A stretch of DNA of 64,000 nucleotides, from NCBI GenBank assembly GCA_963783305.1, contig CAWAMW010000017.1, positions 1-64,000 of the forward strand. Reading direction: 5' to 3'. Position numbers and translations under genes: made by a program. Positions 46,138 to 55,950 of this stretch are shown here, piece after piece (positions within the stretch are counted from its first letter, which is position 1; each line of letters opens with the position of its first letter). The notes below the pieces were generated by a model. That model did no database searches, had not been told where the DNA came from, and saw only the letters and a program-made list of their open reading frames with translations. The DNA is from an uncultured Gemmatimonadales bacterium (GTDB lineage Bacteria > Gemmatimonadota > Gemmatimonadetes > Longimicrobiales > RSA9).

Positions 46138-47342
46138 GCGCCGAACTTGGCCAGGCGCCGCGCGTGGGCCAGCGCGAGCGTCATGAGGTGCTTCCCCTCG
46201 AAGATGCCCAGCTCTCCTCGTGCGCAGGACCGCTCACCGAAGCCGTCCACGTCGGCGGGACGGCACCAGGGGGAGACGATCATGGCGGGGACCGGGTGCC
46301 ACGAGTGAGCCCGCAGACGGGAGGGAGTGGAGTGGTCGCCGGTGACGACGATGACGTCCGGCTCCAGCGCCTCGACCCCCGGAATCAGCTCGTCCACGGC
46401 CTCGATAGCCGCAACCTTCGCGTCGAAGTCGCCATCCTCACCCCGGCTGTCCACGTACTTGAAGTGGACGAAGGCGAAGTCGTGGGTCTCCAGCTCGTGA
46501 GCCAGCACGTCGACGCTCCCGGCATCGGTCTCGGCCGGCTCGGCAATGTGCATCCCGAGGAGACGCGATACGCCGCGGTACATGGGGTAGCGGGCAATGC
46601 ACACGGGGTGCAGCCCGAACCGCTCCGTCAGCGACGGATACGTCTCGAACGTGGCGAAGCCGCGGGCCAGCACGCCGTTGGCCACGGGCTCGTCCTCGAG
46701 CACCTCGTTGGCGCGCTCGAGCACCATCTCCACCGCGCGCACCGTCCGCTCGCCCTCCGACGAGGTGGCTTTCAGCGCGTCCGCCGGTACGCCGGTCTCC
46801 TGCGGGTCGGTGTCGCTCAGGTCGGCGGAGAGCCCCGCGCCCCGCATGACCAGGACGACCCGGTGCTCCTTCTCCGACTCCCAGAACACCTCCACGCCCC
46901 CCACCTGCGATACCTCGTCCCGCAGCTTCGCCACGATGCGGGCGTTCTCCTCGTCGGACGGGCGTCCGGCCCGGCGGTCGGTGATGTTCCTGTCGGCGTC
47001 GAAGGTCGCGAGGTTGAGGCGCGCGGCCAGATCGCCGTGCTTCAGCTCGAAGTCGACCCCGAGGGCACTCAGTACGCCGCGCCCAATGTTGTAGTGGATC
47101 GGGTCGTAGCCGAAGAGGGCGAGGTGGCCCGGGCCGCTTCCTGGTGAAATGCCCGGGGCGACGGGGGTCATGAGGCCGAGAGCCGAGCGTCGCGCCAGAC
47201 GATCCAGGTTCGGGGTGTTCGCGGTCTCGAGCTCCGTCCGCCCCGTCTCCTCGTGCGGCAGTCCACCCAGCCCGTCCAGGACCAGGTATACAATGGTGCC
47301 CCCGTGCTGCTCCACAATGGCATCCGGCAGTGTAACGTCCAT
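46134..47342 (-). CDS. apgM: 2,3-bisphosphoglycerate-independent phosphoglycerate mutase (ApgM type)
   Basis: LVLDGLGG, TELETANTPNLD, PGSGPGHLALFGYDP, DSRGEDG, TGDHSTP, HSWHPVP. Confidence 0.9.
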   Translation of the reverse strand: MDVTLPDAIVEQHGGTIVYLVLDGLGGLPHEETGRTELETANTPNLDRLARRSALGLMTPVAPGISPGSGPGHLALFGYDPIHYNIGRGVLSALGVDFELKHGDLAARLNLATFDADRNITDRRAGRPSDEENARIVAKLRDEVSQVGGVEVFWESEKEHRVVLVMRGAGLSADLSDTDPQETGVPADALKATSSEGERTVRAVEMVLERANEVLEDEPVANGVLARGFATFETYPSLTERFGLHPVCIARYPMYRGVSRLLGMHIAEPAETDAGSVDVLAHELETHDFAFVHFKYVDSRGEDGDFDAKVAAIEAVDELIPGVEALEPDVIVVTGDHSTPSRLRAHSWHPVPAMIVSPWCRPADVDGFGERSCARGELGIFEGKHLMTLALAHARRLAKFGA

Positions 47343-47451
47343 GGCTTTCACGGTTTCGTCGGGAGTGTTCGTGCGGCCGGGCGAATGGGTCTGCACGGTC
47401 CACGCCGACAACGTATCCCATGGGCGGGGCCGTTTCCAGTGAGAGCCGGAG

Positions 47452-47467
47452 GCGGCACGGTTAGTGC
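47452..47467 (+). promoter_or_regulatory. Putative sigma54 promoter
   Basis: GCGGCACGGTTAGTGC (GG-N10-GC), 50 bp upstream of ATG 47517. Confidence 0.6.
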
Positions 47468-47516
47468 AACTTTCGATGGCAGGAAACAGGCGGCTAAACC
47501 GAGCGGCGGCAACGGC

Positions 47517-47900
47517 ATGGCGAAGATCCTTATTGTAGACGACAACCCCGACCTCCTGGAGATCCTGAGGGACCTGCTGACAGCCGACGAGCACCAGGTC
47601 CGCACGGCCCGGAGGGGTGAGGAGGCGGTCGATCAGGCGAAGGCGGTCACGCCGGACCTCATCATCATGGACCTCCAGCTCCCGTCCATGAGCGGGATCG
47701 AGGCCGGTGTCTGGATCAAGCGGGACGTGGGCGATATTCCGATCCTCGCCCTCACCGCGCTCGCCCAGAACGGCGACTCCGACATGGTCCTCCGCTCCGG
47801 CTGCTGCGACGCATACATGGCGAAGCCGGCCTCACTCTCCGATATCCGGAGCAAGGTGGCCGAGCTGCTCGCGGGGGCCGCCGAGGACGCCTCGCGATAG
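47517..47900 (+). CDS. Single-domain response regulator (DivK/CheY-like)
   Basis: ILIVDD, PDLIIMDLQLP, IPILALTA, DAYMAKP. Confidence 0.9.
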   Translation: MAKILIVDDNPDLLEILRDLLTADEHQVRTARRGEEAVDQAKAVTPDLIIMDLQLPSMSGIEAGVWIKRDVGDIPILALTALAQNGDSDMVLRSGCCDAYMAKPASLSDIRSKVAELLAGAAEDASR

Positions 47901-48007
47901 GACCCCTCTCCCCCTCCCTTCCCGTTCCCGCGGGATTTGACCCGAACGGGGGCGGACCGCACCTTAGGCTCCCCCGTACAATCCAGACCTAACAACAGGA
48001 CGAGAGC

Positions 48008-49672
48008 ATGCAGAGCAAGTTGAGGCTCGCGCGCGCCATTGCGCTGCCCGGGCTGCTGGCGATGGGGCTTTTGGTGCCCGTGGGGGCGGCCGGTCAGTAC
48101 GAGACGGTACCGGCGCCCGCGGCGTACGCGCTCGAGAACGTGACGGTCGTCCATGCCGATGGCCGTCGGGACGAGGGTGTTACGGTGGTGGTCCGTGGCG
48201 CGCTGATCGAGTCCATGGGCCGCGGCGTCGCGATCCCGGCGGATGCGGAGATCCTCGAAGGCGACTCGCTGGTGGTCTACCCCGGCCTGGTCGACGGCCA
48301 CGGGAAGGCGGAGCACGAGTTCCCGGAAGCGGACATCGATCGGAGCGCGGTCGAGATGTGGAATGCGCCCCGGGAGCTGCAGGGCTTCACACCGGCGCGT
48401 CGGGTGGTGGCGCACCTGACCGCGGATGGCTCCGAGGTCGCGAGTCAGCGGAAGGCGGGGATCGTGGCGGGGGCGGTGCATCCGACGGACGGAATGATGG
48501 CGGGTCGCGGCGTGCTTGTGCTGTACCGGGCGGACGCGGACCGGCCCGAGGAGCTGGTGATCCGGCCGGAGCTCGGTCCCACGTTCACGTTCCGGGGCGG
48601 GCGCGGCGTGTATCCCGGGACGCTGTTCGGCGTCACGGCATTCATCCGGCAGGCGTTCGAGGATGCCCGCCACCGCGGTCTGGTGGCGGCGGCACACGAG
48701 CGGGATCCGCGCTCGCTCACCACACCGACGTTCGACGCGGACTACGCCGTCCTGCGCGAGGTCCTCGCCGGGGATGTGCCGGTGTACTTCGCCGCCGATG
48801 ACGCCGCGGGGATCCTCCGGGTCCTCGGCCTGGCCGACGAGTACGGGTTTCGGCCGGTGATCCTCGGGGGCGCCGAAGCGTGGAAGGTGGCCGACAAGCT
48901 GCGGAGCCGGGAGATCCCGGTTCTGGTGTCCATGGACTTCGGCAAGCCGCGGCAGTGGGACCCCGATGCCGACTCGGTGGAGACCCCGGATGCCGCCGCG
49001 CTACGGGAACGCCGGGAGTTCGAGGACCGGTACGCCAACGCAGGCCGCCTCGCCGCGGCCGGTGTCCGGTTCGCCCTCACGAGTGGCGGGACGGGCGAGA
49101 TCCTGGAGGGCGCACGGAAGGCCGTGAAGTACGGCCTGGACGAGACGGCGGCACTGGCGGCCGTCACCCGCACGCCCGCCGAGATCTTCGGCATCCCCGA
49201 GGTCCCGCGGCTGGCGGAAGGACTTCCGGCCACGTTCCTGGTGAGCACCGGTCCCCTGTTCGCTGACGACAGCCGGGTTGCGTACACGTTCGTGGAGGGG
49301 CACAAGGAGGAGGGCTCCAAGCCGAAGGCGGGCGCCGGGTCGGTGGAGGATGCGGTGTCGTTCGCCGGCGAGTGGGACATGACCATCGACGCCGACGGGC
49401 AGACGCTCCGCGCCACACTGACGGTGGAGCAGGAGGGCGCCACGTTCACGGGCACCATGGACATGCAGGGGCAGACCATGCAGGTGAAGGATGGAGCGAT
49501 CGACGGGAACGAGATCAGCATGGTCGCCCTCATGGAGCAGGGTGGGCAGACGATGGAGATCAACATCACGGGTACGGTCGAGGGCGACAGCGCGTCGGGT
49601 GAGGCCAATGCGGGGCCCATGGGCGTCGCCCGATGGACAGCGAAGCGGACGGGTCCGGGAGGTGCGCGATGA
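48008..49672 (+). CDS. Secreted amidohydrolase-fold protein (degenerate metal site) with C-terminal beta domain
   Basis: Signal peptide; VYPGLVDGH, GL....ALAAVT..PAEIFG; only one His of HxH. Confidence 0.8.
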   Translation: MQSKLRLARAIALPGLLAMGLLVPVGAAGQYETVPAPAAYALENVTVVHADGRRDEGVTVVVRGALIESMGRGVAIPADAEILEGDSLVVYPGLVDGHGKAEHEFPEADIDRSAVEMWNAPRELQGFTPARRVVAHLTADGSEVASQRKAGIVAGAVHPTDGMMAGRGVLVLYRADADRPEELVIRPELGPTFTFRGGRGVYPGTLFGVTAFIRQAFEDARHRGLVAAAHERDPRSLTTPTFDADYAVLREVLAGDVPVYFAADDAAGILRVLGLADEYGFRPVILGGAEAWKVADKLRSREIPVLVSMDFGKPRQWDPDADSVETPDAAALRERREFEDRYANAGRLAAAGVRFALTSGGTGEILEGARKAVKYGLDETAALAAVTRTPAEIFGIPEVPRLAEGLPATFLVSTGPLFADDSRVAYTFVEGHKEEGSKPKAGAGSVEDAVSFAGEWDMTIDADGQTLRATLTVEQEGATFTGTMDMQGQTMQVKDGAIDGNEISMVALMEQGGQTMEINITGTVEGDSASGEANAGPMGVARWTAKRTGPGGAR

Positions 49673-52353
49673 GGGGTCTGATGAAGAAGCTCGCCCTGGC
49701 GGCGGTGGCGCTGGCGGCAGCGGCTCCGGCTGCGGCGCAGGTAGCGACGGTGCCCACCGTGCTCACCGATCCGAGCTACAAGCCACAGATCGAGGAGGGC
49801 GCGGTCGACGTGCCGCGAGGCACACTGCTGATCCAGAACATCGACTCCGTCTGGACCGCCACCGGCGAGATCCTGACGGGCGTCGACATCCTGATCCGTG
49901 ACGGCGTGATCCGTGAGATCGGGACGGGGCTGCGGGCACCGCGCGGAGCGAAGACGCTGGATGCCGCGGGGCTGACGGCGATCCCGGGGATCGTGGACGA
50001 GCACTCTCACATCGCCATGACGACGAGCAACGAGTGCACGTCGCCCATCGTGCCGGAGACCCGGGTGATCGACCAGCTGGTGCCGGACGACTTCGGCGTC
50101 TTCCGGGCGCTGACGGGGGGTGTGACCACCGCGCAGGTGCTGCACGGCAGCTGCAACCTGGTGGGCGGCCAGAGCGCGATCATCAAGCCGCGCTGGGGGC
50201 TGACCGATCCGCTGCAGCTCCTGGTTCAGGGCGCGCCGCAGACGGTGAAGTTCGCGCTGGGCGAGAACGTGACCCGGAAGGCGTGGGGCTCCGATGGTCA
50301 GGCCCGGTACCCGCTGTCCCGGCAGGGTGTCGAGGCGCTCTACGTGCAGGCATTCAGCGCCGCGCAGGCGTACGAGCAGGAGTGGGAGCGATATCGTCAG
50401 AACCCGCGCTCGTTCCGTACACCGCCGCGCCGCGACCTTCGACTGGAGGCGCTGACGGAGATCATGAACGGCGACATCCGGGTGCACGCCCACAGCTACC
50501 GGGCGGACGAGATCCTGATGCTCATCGGGGTCGCGGAGCGGTTCGGCTTCAAGATCGACTGCTTCACGCACGTGCTCGAGGGCTACAAGGTGGCCGACGA
50601 GATGGCGCGCCACGGGGCGTGCGGCTCGACGTTCAGCGACTGGTGGCATTACAAGCTGGAGGCGTTCGACGCCATTCCGTACAACGCGGCCATCATGCAG
50701 GAGCATGGAGTCCACACCACGCTCAACTCGGACTCCGAGGAGCTTCAGACGTTCGCGCTCTACGAGATCCAGAAGCCGGTGAAGTACGGCGGCGTGTCGA
50801 AGGAGGAAGCGCTCCGGATGTACACGCTCTACGGCGCGCAGCAGCTCCTGATCGCCGACAAGGTGGGCTCCATCGAGGTCGGCAAGCACGGCGACATCGC
50901 GCTGCTGAGCGGAGACCCATTCGACGTTTCCACCATCGTGGAAAAGACCGTGATGGACGGGATCGTGTACTGGGACCGGGCGCAGGAGCTGGAGTACCGG
51001 CGCTTCCCCATGCGTCCCCTCCCTGCCCTGACGGGCGGGGCGGGCGTGACCCCCACGGTGCCGTGGGCGAGCGCCCGAGCGCTGATGGACGCCGGCGACG
51101 AGCTCACTGGTTCGCCCGCGGCGGGCGCGGTCGTCGGGACGAGCCCGGTTGCCATCGTGGGCGCCACGATCCACCCGGGTGACGGCCCGACGATCGAGAA
51201 CGGAGTGGTGGTGATCCGGGACGGTCGAATCGAGGCCGTGGGCTCCGCTTCACAGGTGCAGGTACCGGCGGACGCCCGGCGGGTGGAGGCGCAGGGTCGG
51301 CACCTGTTCCCGGGGATGATGGATGTCTCCACGGGACTGGGCCTCCAGGAGGTGGGCCAGGTGCAGACGGCCACGGACCAGCGCGAGGTCGGGAAGTTCA
51401 ACCCGCACCTGCGCGCCATGGTCGGCATGCAGCCGCACTCGGTCACGTACAACGTGGCCCGGGCGAACGGCGTCACCACGGTGGTGACCCATCAGTCCGG
51501 GGGTGTGATCCCCGGCGCGGCCTCGCTGATCCAGCTGAAGGGCGACACGCCGCGGCGGCTTTCGATCCAGGATCGCGCGGCCATGGTCATCAACTTCCCG
51601 CGTCCGGACGGCGACGCGTGGGAGGAGCCGAAGCTGGAGGGAACCGACCTCGAAGAGCTGATCGACCTGTTCGAGCGGACCGAGCGGTTCATCGGGAACC
51701 CGGCGACCCGTGACCGTCCGGACATGCCGTTCGAGGCGCAGGTCCACGGCGGCGAGCGGCTCATGCTCGAGGCGATGGCCCCTGTGGTCCGGGGGGACAT
51801 GCCCGCGTTCTTCCGGGTGTCCCGGGCCCGGGACGTGGGCACGCTGCTCCTCTTCCTCGACCGGTTCCCGGACGTCCGGGCGGTGATCATCGGCGGGGAC
51901 GAGGCGCACCGCTACGCGGAGGAACTGGGTGAGCGGCGGATCCCCGTGGTCGTGGGCACCGGACAGGGCGTGACGCGCGATCGGGATGATCCCTACCACG
52001 CCGCGTGGAGCAACGCGGCGATCCTGCACGAGGCGGGTGTGCCGGTGGCGTTCACGACCGACAATGTGGCGAACGTCCGGAACCTGCCGTACCACGCGGC
52101 GCGACACTGGGCGTACGGGCTGCCGCGGGACGTGGCGCTCCGGGCGGTCACGCTCACGCCCGCCGAGATCCTGGGACTCGGGGGCGAGATGGGCAGCATC
52201 ACACCAGGAAAGCGCGCGGACCTGGTGCTGACGGACGGCGATATCCTCCAGATCACGACGCACGTCGAGCGGATGTGGATCGGCGGGGATGAGGTGGATC
52301 CGCACGACAACAAGCAGTACCGGCTCTACCAGGAGTTCAAGGACCGGCACTAG
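49669..52353 (+). CDS. Secreted protein with two fused amidohydrolase domains
   Basis: ATGA overlap. Domain 1 PGIVDEHSH, KFALGEN, HAHSY, HVLEG, GSIEVGK; domain 2 FPGMMDVST...GSITPGKRADLV. Confidence 0.88.
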   Translation: MRGLMKKLALAAVALAAAAPAAAQVATVPTVLTDPSYKPQIEEGAVDVPRGTLLIQNIDSVWTATGEILTGVDILIRDGVIREIGTGLRAPRGAKTLDAAGLTAIPGIVDEHSHIAMTTSNECTSPIVPETRVIDQLVPDDFGVFRALTGGVTTAQVLHGSCNLVGGQSAIIKPRWGLTDPLQLLVQGAPQTVKFALGENVTRKAWGSDGQARYPLSRQGVEALYVQAFSAAQAYEQEWERYRQNPRSFRTPPRRDLRLEALTEIMNGDIRVHAHSYRADEILMLIGVAERFGFKIDCFTHVLEGYKVADEMARHGACGSTFSDWWHYKLEAFDAIPYNAAIMQEHGVHTTLNSDSEELQTFALYEIQKPVKYGGVSKEEALRMYTLYGAQQLLIADKVGSIEVGKHGDIALLSGDPFDVSTIVEKTVMDGIVYWDRAQELEYRRFPMRPLPALTGGAGVTPTVPWASARALMDAGDELTGSPAAGAVVGTSPVAIVGATIHPGDGPTIENGVVVIRDGRIEAVGSASQVQVPADARRVEAQGRHLFPGMMDVSTGLGLQEVGQVQTATDQREVGKFNPHLRAMVGMQPHSVTYNVARANGVTTVVTHQSGGVIPGAASLIQLKGDTPRRLSIQDRAAMVINFPRPDGDAWEEPKLEGTDLEELIDLFERTERFIGNPATRDRPDMPFEAQVHGGERLMLEAMAPVVRGDMPAFFRVSRARDVGTLLLFLDRFPDVRAVIIGGDEAHRYAEELGERRIPVVVGTGQGVTRDRDDPYHAAWSNAAILHEAGVPVAFTTDNVANVRNLPYHAARHWAYGLPRDVALRAVTLTPAEILGLGGEMGSITPGKRADLVLTDGDILQITTHVERMWIGGDEVDPHDNKQYRLYQEFKDRH

Positions 52354-52373
52354 GACCGCCGGCGCCGGATGCA

Positions 52374-52411
52374 GCAGAAGGGCCCGACCGGGAACGGTCG
52401 GGCCCTTCTGC
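52374..52411. terminator. Hairpin between convergent genes (probable bidirectional terminator)
   Basis: Perfect 17-bp stem GCAGAAGGGCCCGACCG / CGGTCGGGCCCTTCTGC with a GGAA loop. Confidence 0.75.
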
Positions 52412-52452
52412 GTGTGGCGCATGACGGTCTGGCCGCGGGCCGGCGGGTCGGG

Positions 52453-54336
52453 TCAGGCGGTTTCGGCGTGCCGGCCCAGGTCGCCCGCGGGAACGGGGGC
52501 GCCCACGAGGTAGCCCTGGATGAAGTCGCAGCCCAGTTCTCGCAGCCACTCCAGCTGGTCCTCCCGCTCCACCCCCTTGGCCAGCACCTTCGCGCGGATC
52601 CCATGGGCGATGGCGATGGTCGCCTCCACCAGGTGTTCGTCGCCGTCGTCGCCGCCAATGCCTGTCACGAACTGCGGATGCAGCTTGAGGATGTCGATGG
52701 GCAGGCGCTTCAGGCGCGCGAACGATGTGGCACCCACGCCGAAGTCGTCCAGAGCGATGGCTGCGCCGGCGTTCTTGAGCTCCCACATCAGGTCCGCGGC
52801 GGCATCGGTGTCCTTGAATACGGCGGACTCCGGCATCTCCAGGACCAGCGACCCGGGGGCCAGGTCGGCGCCGCCGAGGACGCCGCGCAGGTAATCGGCG
52901 AGCCCCGGATCCGAGACCGACTGCGGCGACAGGTTAACCGCCACCCAGCCCGTCATCCCCTCGGCCAGGCCGGTCCCACGCTCGTGGACCGCCCGTGCGA
53001 TGGCCCACCGGTCGAGTGAGCGGATCAGGCCGGAGCGCTCCGCCAGCTCGATGAAGTCGGCGGCCACGACCATACCTCGGGCGAAGTGACGCCAGCGCGA
53101 GAGCGCTTCCGCGCCGACCATCTGACCGGTCATCAGCTGGAAAACGGGCTGGTAGTGGAGCTGGAACTCGTGGCGCTCCAGCCCTCGCTTCAGTTCCTGT
53201 TCGAGCTGCATCCTCTCGTTGAACGCGGTGCGGAGCTCCGGCCGATAGAACTGGATCCCCGTCGCCTCCGTCTTGGCCCGGTACATGGCCACGTCCGCCG
53301 CCTTCAGGAGCGACTCCAGATCGTCGGCATCCGTCGGGAACATGGCCACGCCGAGGCTCGCGGCCATCGCGATTTCGTGCCCCTGCTCCCCCACCCTGAA
53401 GGGCATGTTCTCCAGGATGCGGTGCCCCACGCGACCGGCCGCCTCCTCGTCCTGGACCTCCGTCAGGATGATCGCGAACTCGTCCCCGCGCAGCCGCGCG
53501 ACGATGTCGGTGTCGCGCAGGGTCTTCTGGAGCGAGCGGGCCACCTCGACCAGCACGTCGTCCCCCTCCTCCGGGCCCAGAAGGTCGTTCACCTGCCTGA
53601 ACTGGTCGAGGTCCATGTACAGGACCGCCACGGGCTCCCTGTGGCGTCGGGCCAGCGACAGTGCCTTCTCGCCCTGCTCGAAGAAGAACCGGCGATTGGC
53701 GAGGCCCGTGAGGGCGTCATAGTACGCCAGGTGCTGGATCTCGCTCTCGAAGGTCTTCCGCGGGGTGATGTCACGGACCGAGACGAGGAGGCCCCGCACG
53801 GCGGGCGACTCCACCAGGTTCGTGATTCGAACGTGGCGGAAGCAATCGCTCCCATCGGCGTCCCAGCCGCCGATGTCGAGTGAGATGGCGAGGCCCGGCT
53901 GCCGCCGCACCTTCGCGAACGCACGGAGCGCCCGCCGGCGGTCGCTCTCCCGAACGAGCCCGAGGATCCCGCCCGGACCGTCGAGCTGGGAGGGGTCGAT
54001 GCCGCACACGTTCCGGACGTTATCGCTCACGAAGGCAACGGACCCATGCGCGTCCAGGACCACGTGGGAATCGGAGCTCTGATCGAGGAGCACCTCGTGC
54101 AGCCGGTGTGCCTCGCGCTCCCGGTCGATGTAGCGGGCGGTCTCGGCGAGGTGGCGGCGGTAGAGGAACCAGAGTATGGCGATCCCCAGCCACACGGCGG
54201 CCGCGACGATGGCGGGGACTGCCCGGCCGGACAGCGCAAGGGCCGGCACCAGGTAGAGCGCGGTGCCGGCCAGCAGCGCACCGAAGAGCGCGTGTGTGGC
54301 CGAAGGGGTCCGGCGGCCGAATTCGAGAGGGGTCAT
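52453..54336 (-). CDS. Membrane-anchored PAS-GGDEF-EAL protein with degenerate catalytic motifs
   Basis: 2 TM, PAS, DALTGLANRR, RLRGDEF, YQP, AEAL, DDFGVG, KGVE, QGY. Confidence 0.9.
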   Translation of the reverse strand: MTPLEFGRRTPSATHALFGALLAGTALYLVPALALSGRAVPAIVAAAVWLGIAILWFLYRRHLAETARYIDREREAHRLHEVLLDQSSDSHVVLDAHGSVAFVSDNVRNVCGIDPSQLDGPGGILGLVRESDRRRALRAFAKVRRQPGLAISLDIGGWDADGSDCFRHVRITNLVESPAVRGLLVSVRDITPRKTFESEIQHLAYYDALTGLANRRFFFEQGEKALSLARRHREPVAVLYMDLDQFRQVNDLLGPEEGDDVLVEVARSLQKTLRDTDIVARLRGDEFAIILTEVQDEEAAGRVGHRILENMPFRVGEQGHEIAMAASLGVAMFPTDADDLESLLKAADVAMYRAKTEATGIQFYRPELRTAFNERMQLEQELKRGLERHEFQLHYQPVFQLMTGQMVGAEALSRWRHFARGMVVAADFIELAERSGLIRSLDRWAIARAVHERGTGLAEGMTGWVAVNLSPQSVSDPGLADYLRGVLGGADLAPGSLVLEMPESAVFKDTDAAADLMWELKNAGAAIALDDFGVGATSFARLKRLPIDILKLHPQFVTGIGGDDGDEHLVEATIAIAHGIRAKVLAKGVEREDQLEWLRELGCDFIQGYLVGAPVPAGDLGRHAETA

Positions 54337-54405
54337 GGAAGTGTCAATATGCCGCGCGCGGCCCCGCTGGAGCAAGCACGGAGGCCGCGGGCCCGACCCC
54401 GGCTC

Positions 54406-55950
54406 CTATCGCCCGCCCACGTGTCCCTCGTTGGTTTCGATCCATTGATGGAAGAACGGCGCCAGATCGCGGCCGGACACTTCTTCCATCACGTTCCGGA
54501 AATCCTGGCCGGTCACCTGCCGGAATCTGAAGCGGTCGTAGTACTCGCGGAGACCCGTCCGGAATACGTTCTCGCCCAACTCGTCCCTGAGCATCCGCAG
54601 CACCAGGGAGCCCTTGCGGTACGTCATGGTGCTGTACATGCCATAGCTGCTGAACTCGGCACCGGGCAGACCCACCGGCTCCGAGCGGCCGGCCTCGTCC
54701 AGCTGCGCGATGCCGGCCTCGGTGCGCCCCCATACCTCCTCGGGATCCGCGCCTCGCTCGACCCGCAGCCAGTTCGTGAGGAAGCTGGCCATCCCCTCGT
54801 CGAGCCAACCCTCCCGCCACTCGTTGTTGGCCAGGATCCCGTGGGCGACCATGTGCATGGTCTCGTGCACCACGGCCCCGCCACTGGTCATGTAGAGCAT
54901 CGGGAACTCCGTGGCCCCTCCCTCGACCCGGTCGGTGACCGTGATCTGCGGCCACGGGTACTCGCCGAAGAGCTCCTCCAGCCAGTCGAGAGCGACCTTC
55001 TCCTGCGCCATTATCCGCTCCGCGTCCCACCCCTCGCTGGCCGGCTCCCACAGCAGGTGGATGGGCGTCTCGTTCCAGCGCCCGCCCATGTAGCGGTAGT
55101 CGGGCGAGGTGCTCCAGGCGAAGTTGTGCACGTCCTGGGCACGCCAGCGGATCCTCTTCCGGTCCGGCGGCGGGTCGCCCTCGAAGAGGCCGAGGGGACG
55201 AGCGGGGTGGCCGCCGTAGAAATCGCTGCGGTAGAGAGGCGGGTCGGAGCCCGGAACGGCGGCCCCCTCCCAGCCGGGATCCCCGGACGCCGGCACGCCG
55301 GTGGCGCCGACGACCTGGTCGGCCGGGAGGTCGAGGGTGATGTCGTAGGACCCGAACGTACCGTTCAGCTCGCCCGGCCGGATATGCGACCGGTACTCCC
55401 AACCGTCGCTGCCGTACACGGCGACCCGCGGGTACCAGTGAGCCCAGTTGTAGTGACGTCCCTTCCTGCCCTGCCGGCGCGGCTCCGTGGCCAGGCGGGC
55501 GCGCCAGTCGATGGTGGCCACCAGGGAGTCGCCGGGCGCCAGCGGCTTCCGCAGCTCGACGTAGAACACCGTGGAGTCCGGCGCACCGGGGTAGACGGGC
55601 GAGATGGCGCGGCCGTCAATGGTGAACCCCTGGATGCGCTCGAATGCGTGCTGGTCCGGCCCGAGGTCCTGGAACGTGCGGTCCCCGAACCGGAGATCGT
55701 AGCGGGCCCAGTCGCTGTTCGGCCGGAAGGCGTTCAGGTACTGGTGGAAGTAGAGGCGGTCGAGAGCGTCGGGCGAGTGGTTGGTGTAGCGGAGCAGCGC
55801 TCGGCCGGTAAGGACGTGGGTCGCTTCATCCTGACGCGCCTCCACGCGGTATTCCACGCCCTGCTGGAACGGGTGATGGCGCTCCTGCGCGGCGGTCGGA
55901 GCCGCCGCGAGAGCGGTGAGCAGCAGGGTGTATCCGAAGCGGTGCGTCAA
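54406..55950 (-). CDS. Secreted M1-family metallopeptidase
   Basis: Signal peptide (TTG start); GATEF, HETMH...WLDEG (HExxH-x18-E), YRKGS. Confidence 0.9.
   Translation of the reverse strand: MTHRFGYTLLLTALAAAPTAAQERHHPFQQGVEYRVEARQDEATHVLTGRALLRYTNHSPDALDRLYFHQYLNAFRPNSDWARYDLRFGDRTFQDLGPDQHAFERIQGFTIDGRAISPVYPGAPDSTVFYVELRKPLAPGDSLVATIDWRARLATEPRRQGRKGRHYNWAHWYPRVAVYGSDGWEYRSHIRPGELNGTFGSYDITLDLPADQVVGATGVPASGDPGWEGAAVPGSDPPLYRSDFYGGHPARPLGLFEGDPPPDRKRIRWRAQDVHNFAWSTSPDYRYMGGRWNETPIHLLWEPASEGWDAERIMAQEKVALDWLEELFGEYPWPQITVTDRVEGGATEFPMLYMTSGGAVVHETMHMVAHGILANNEWREGWLDEGMASFLTNWLRVERGADPEEVWGRTEAGIAQLDEAGRSEPVGLPGAEFSSYGMYSTMTYRKGSLVLRMLRDELGENVFRTGLREYYDRFRFRQVTGQDFRNVMEEVSGRDLAPFFHQWIETNEGHVGGR

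Noticed and set aside
54361..54390. sigma54-like site upstream of the GGDEF-EAL gene
   Set aside because: GG-to-GC spacing is 11, not the required 10.
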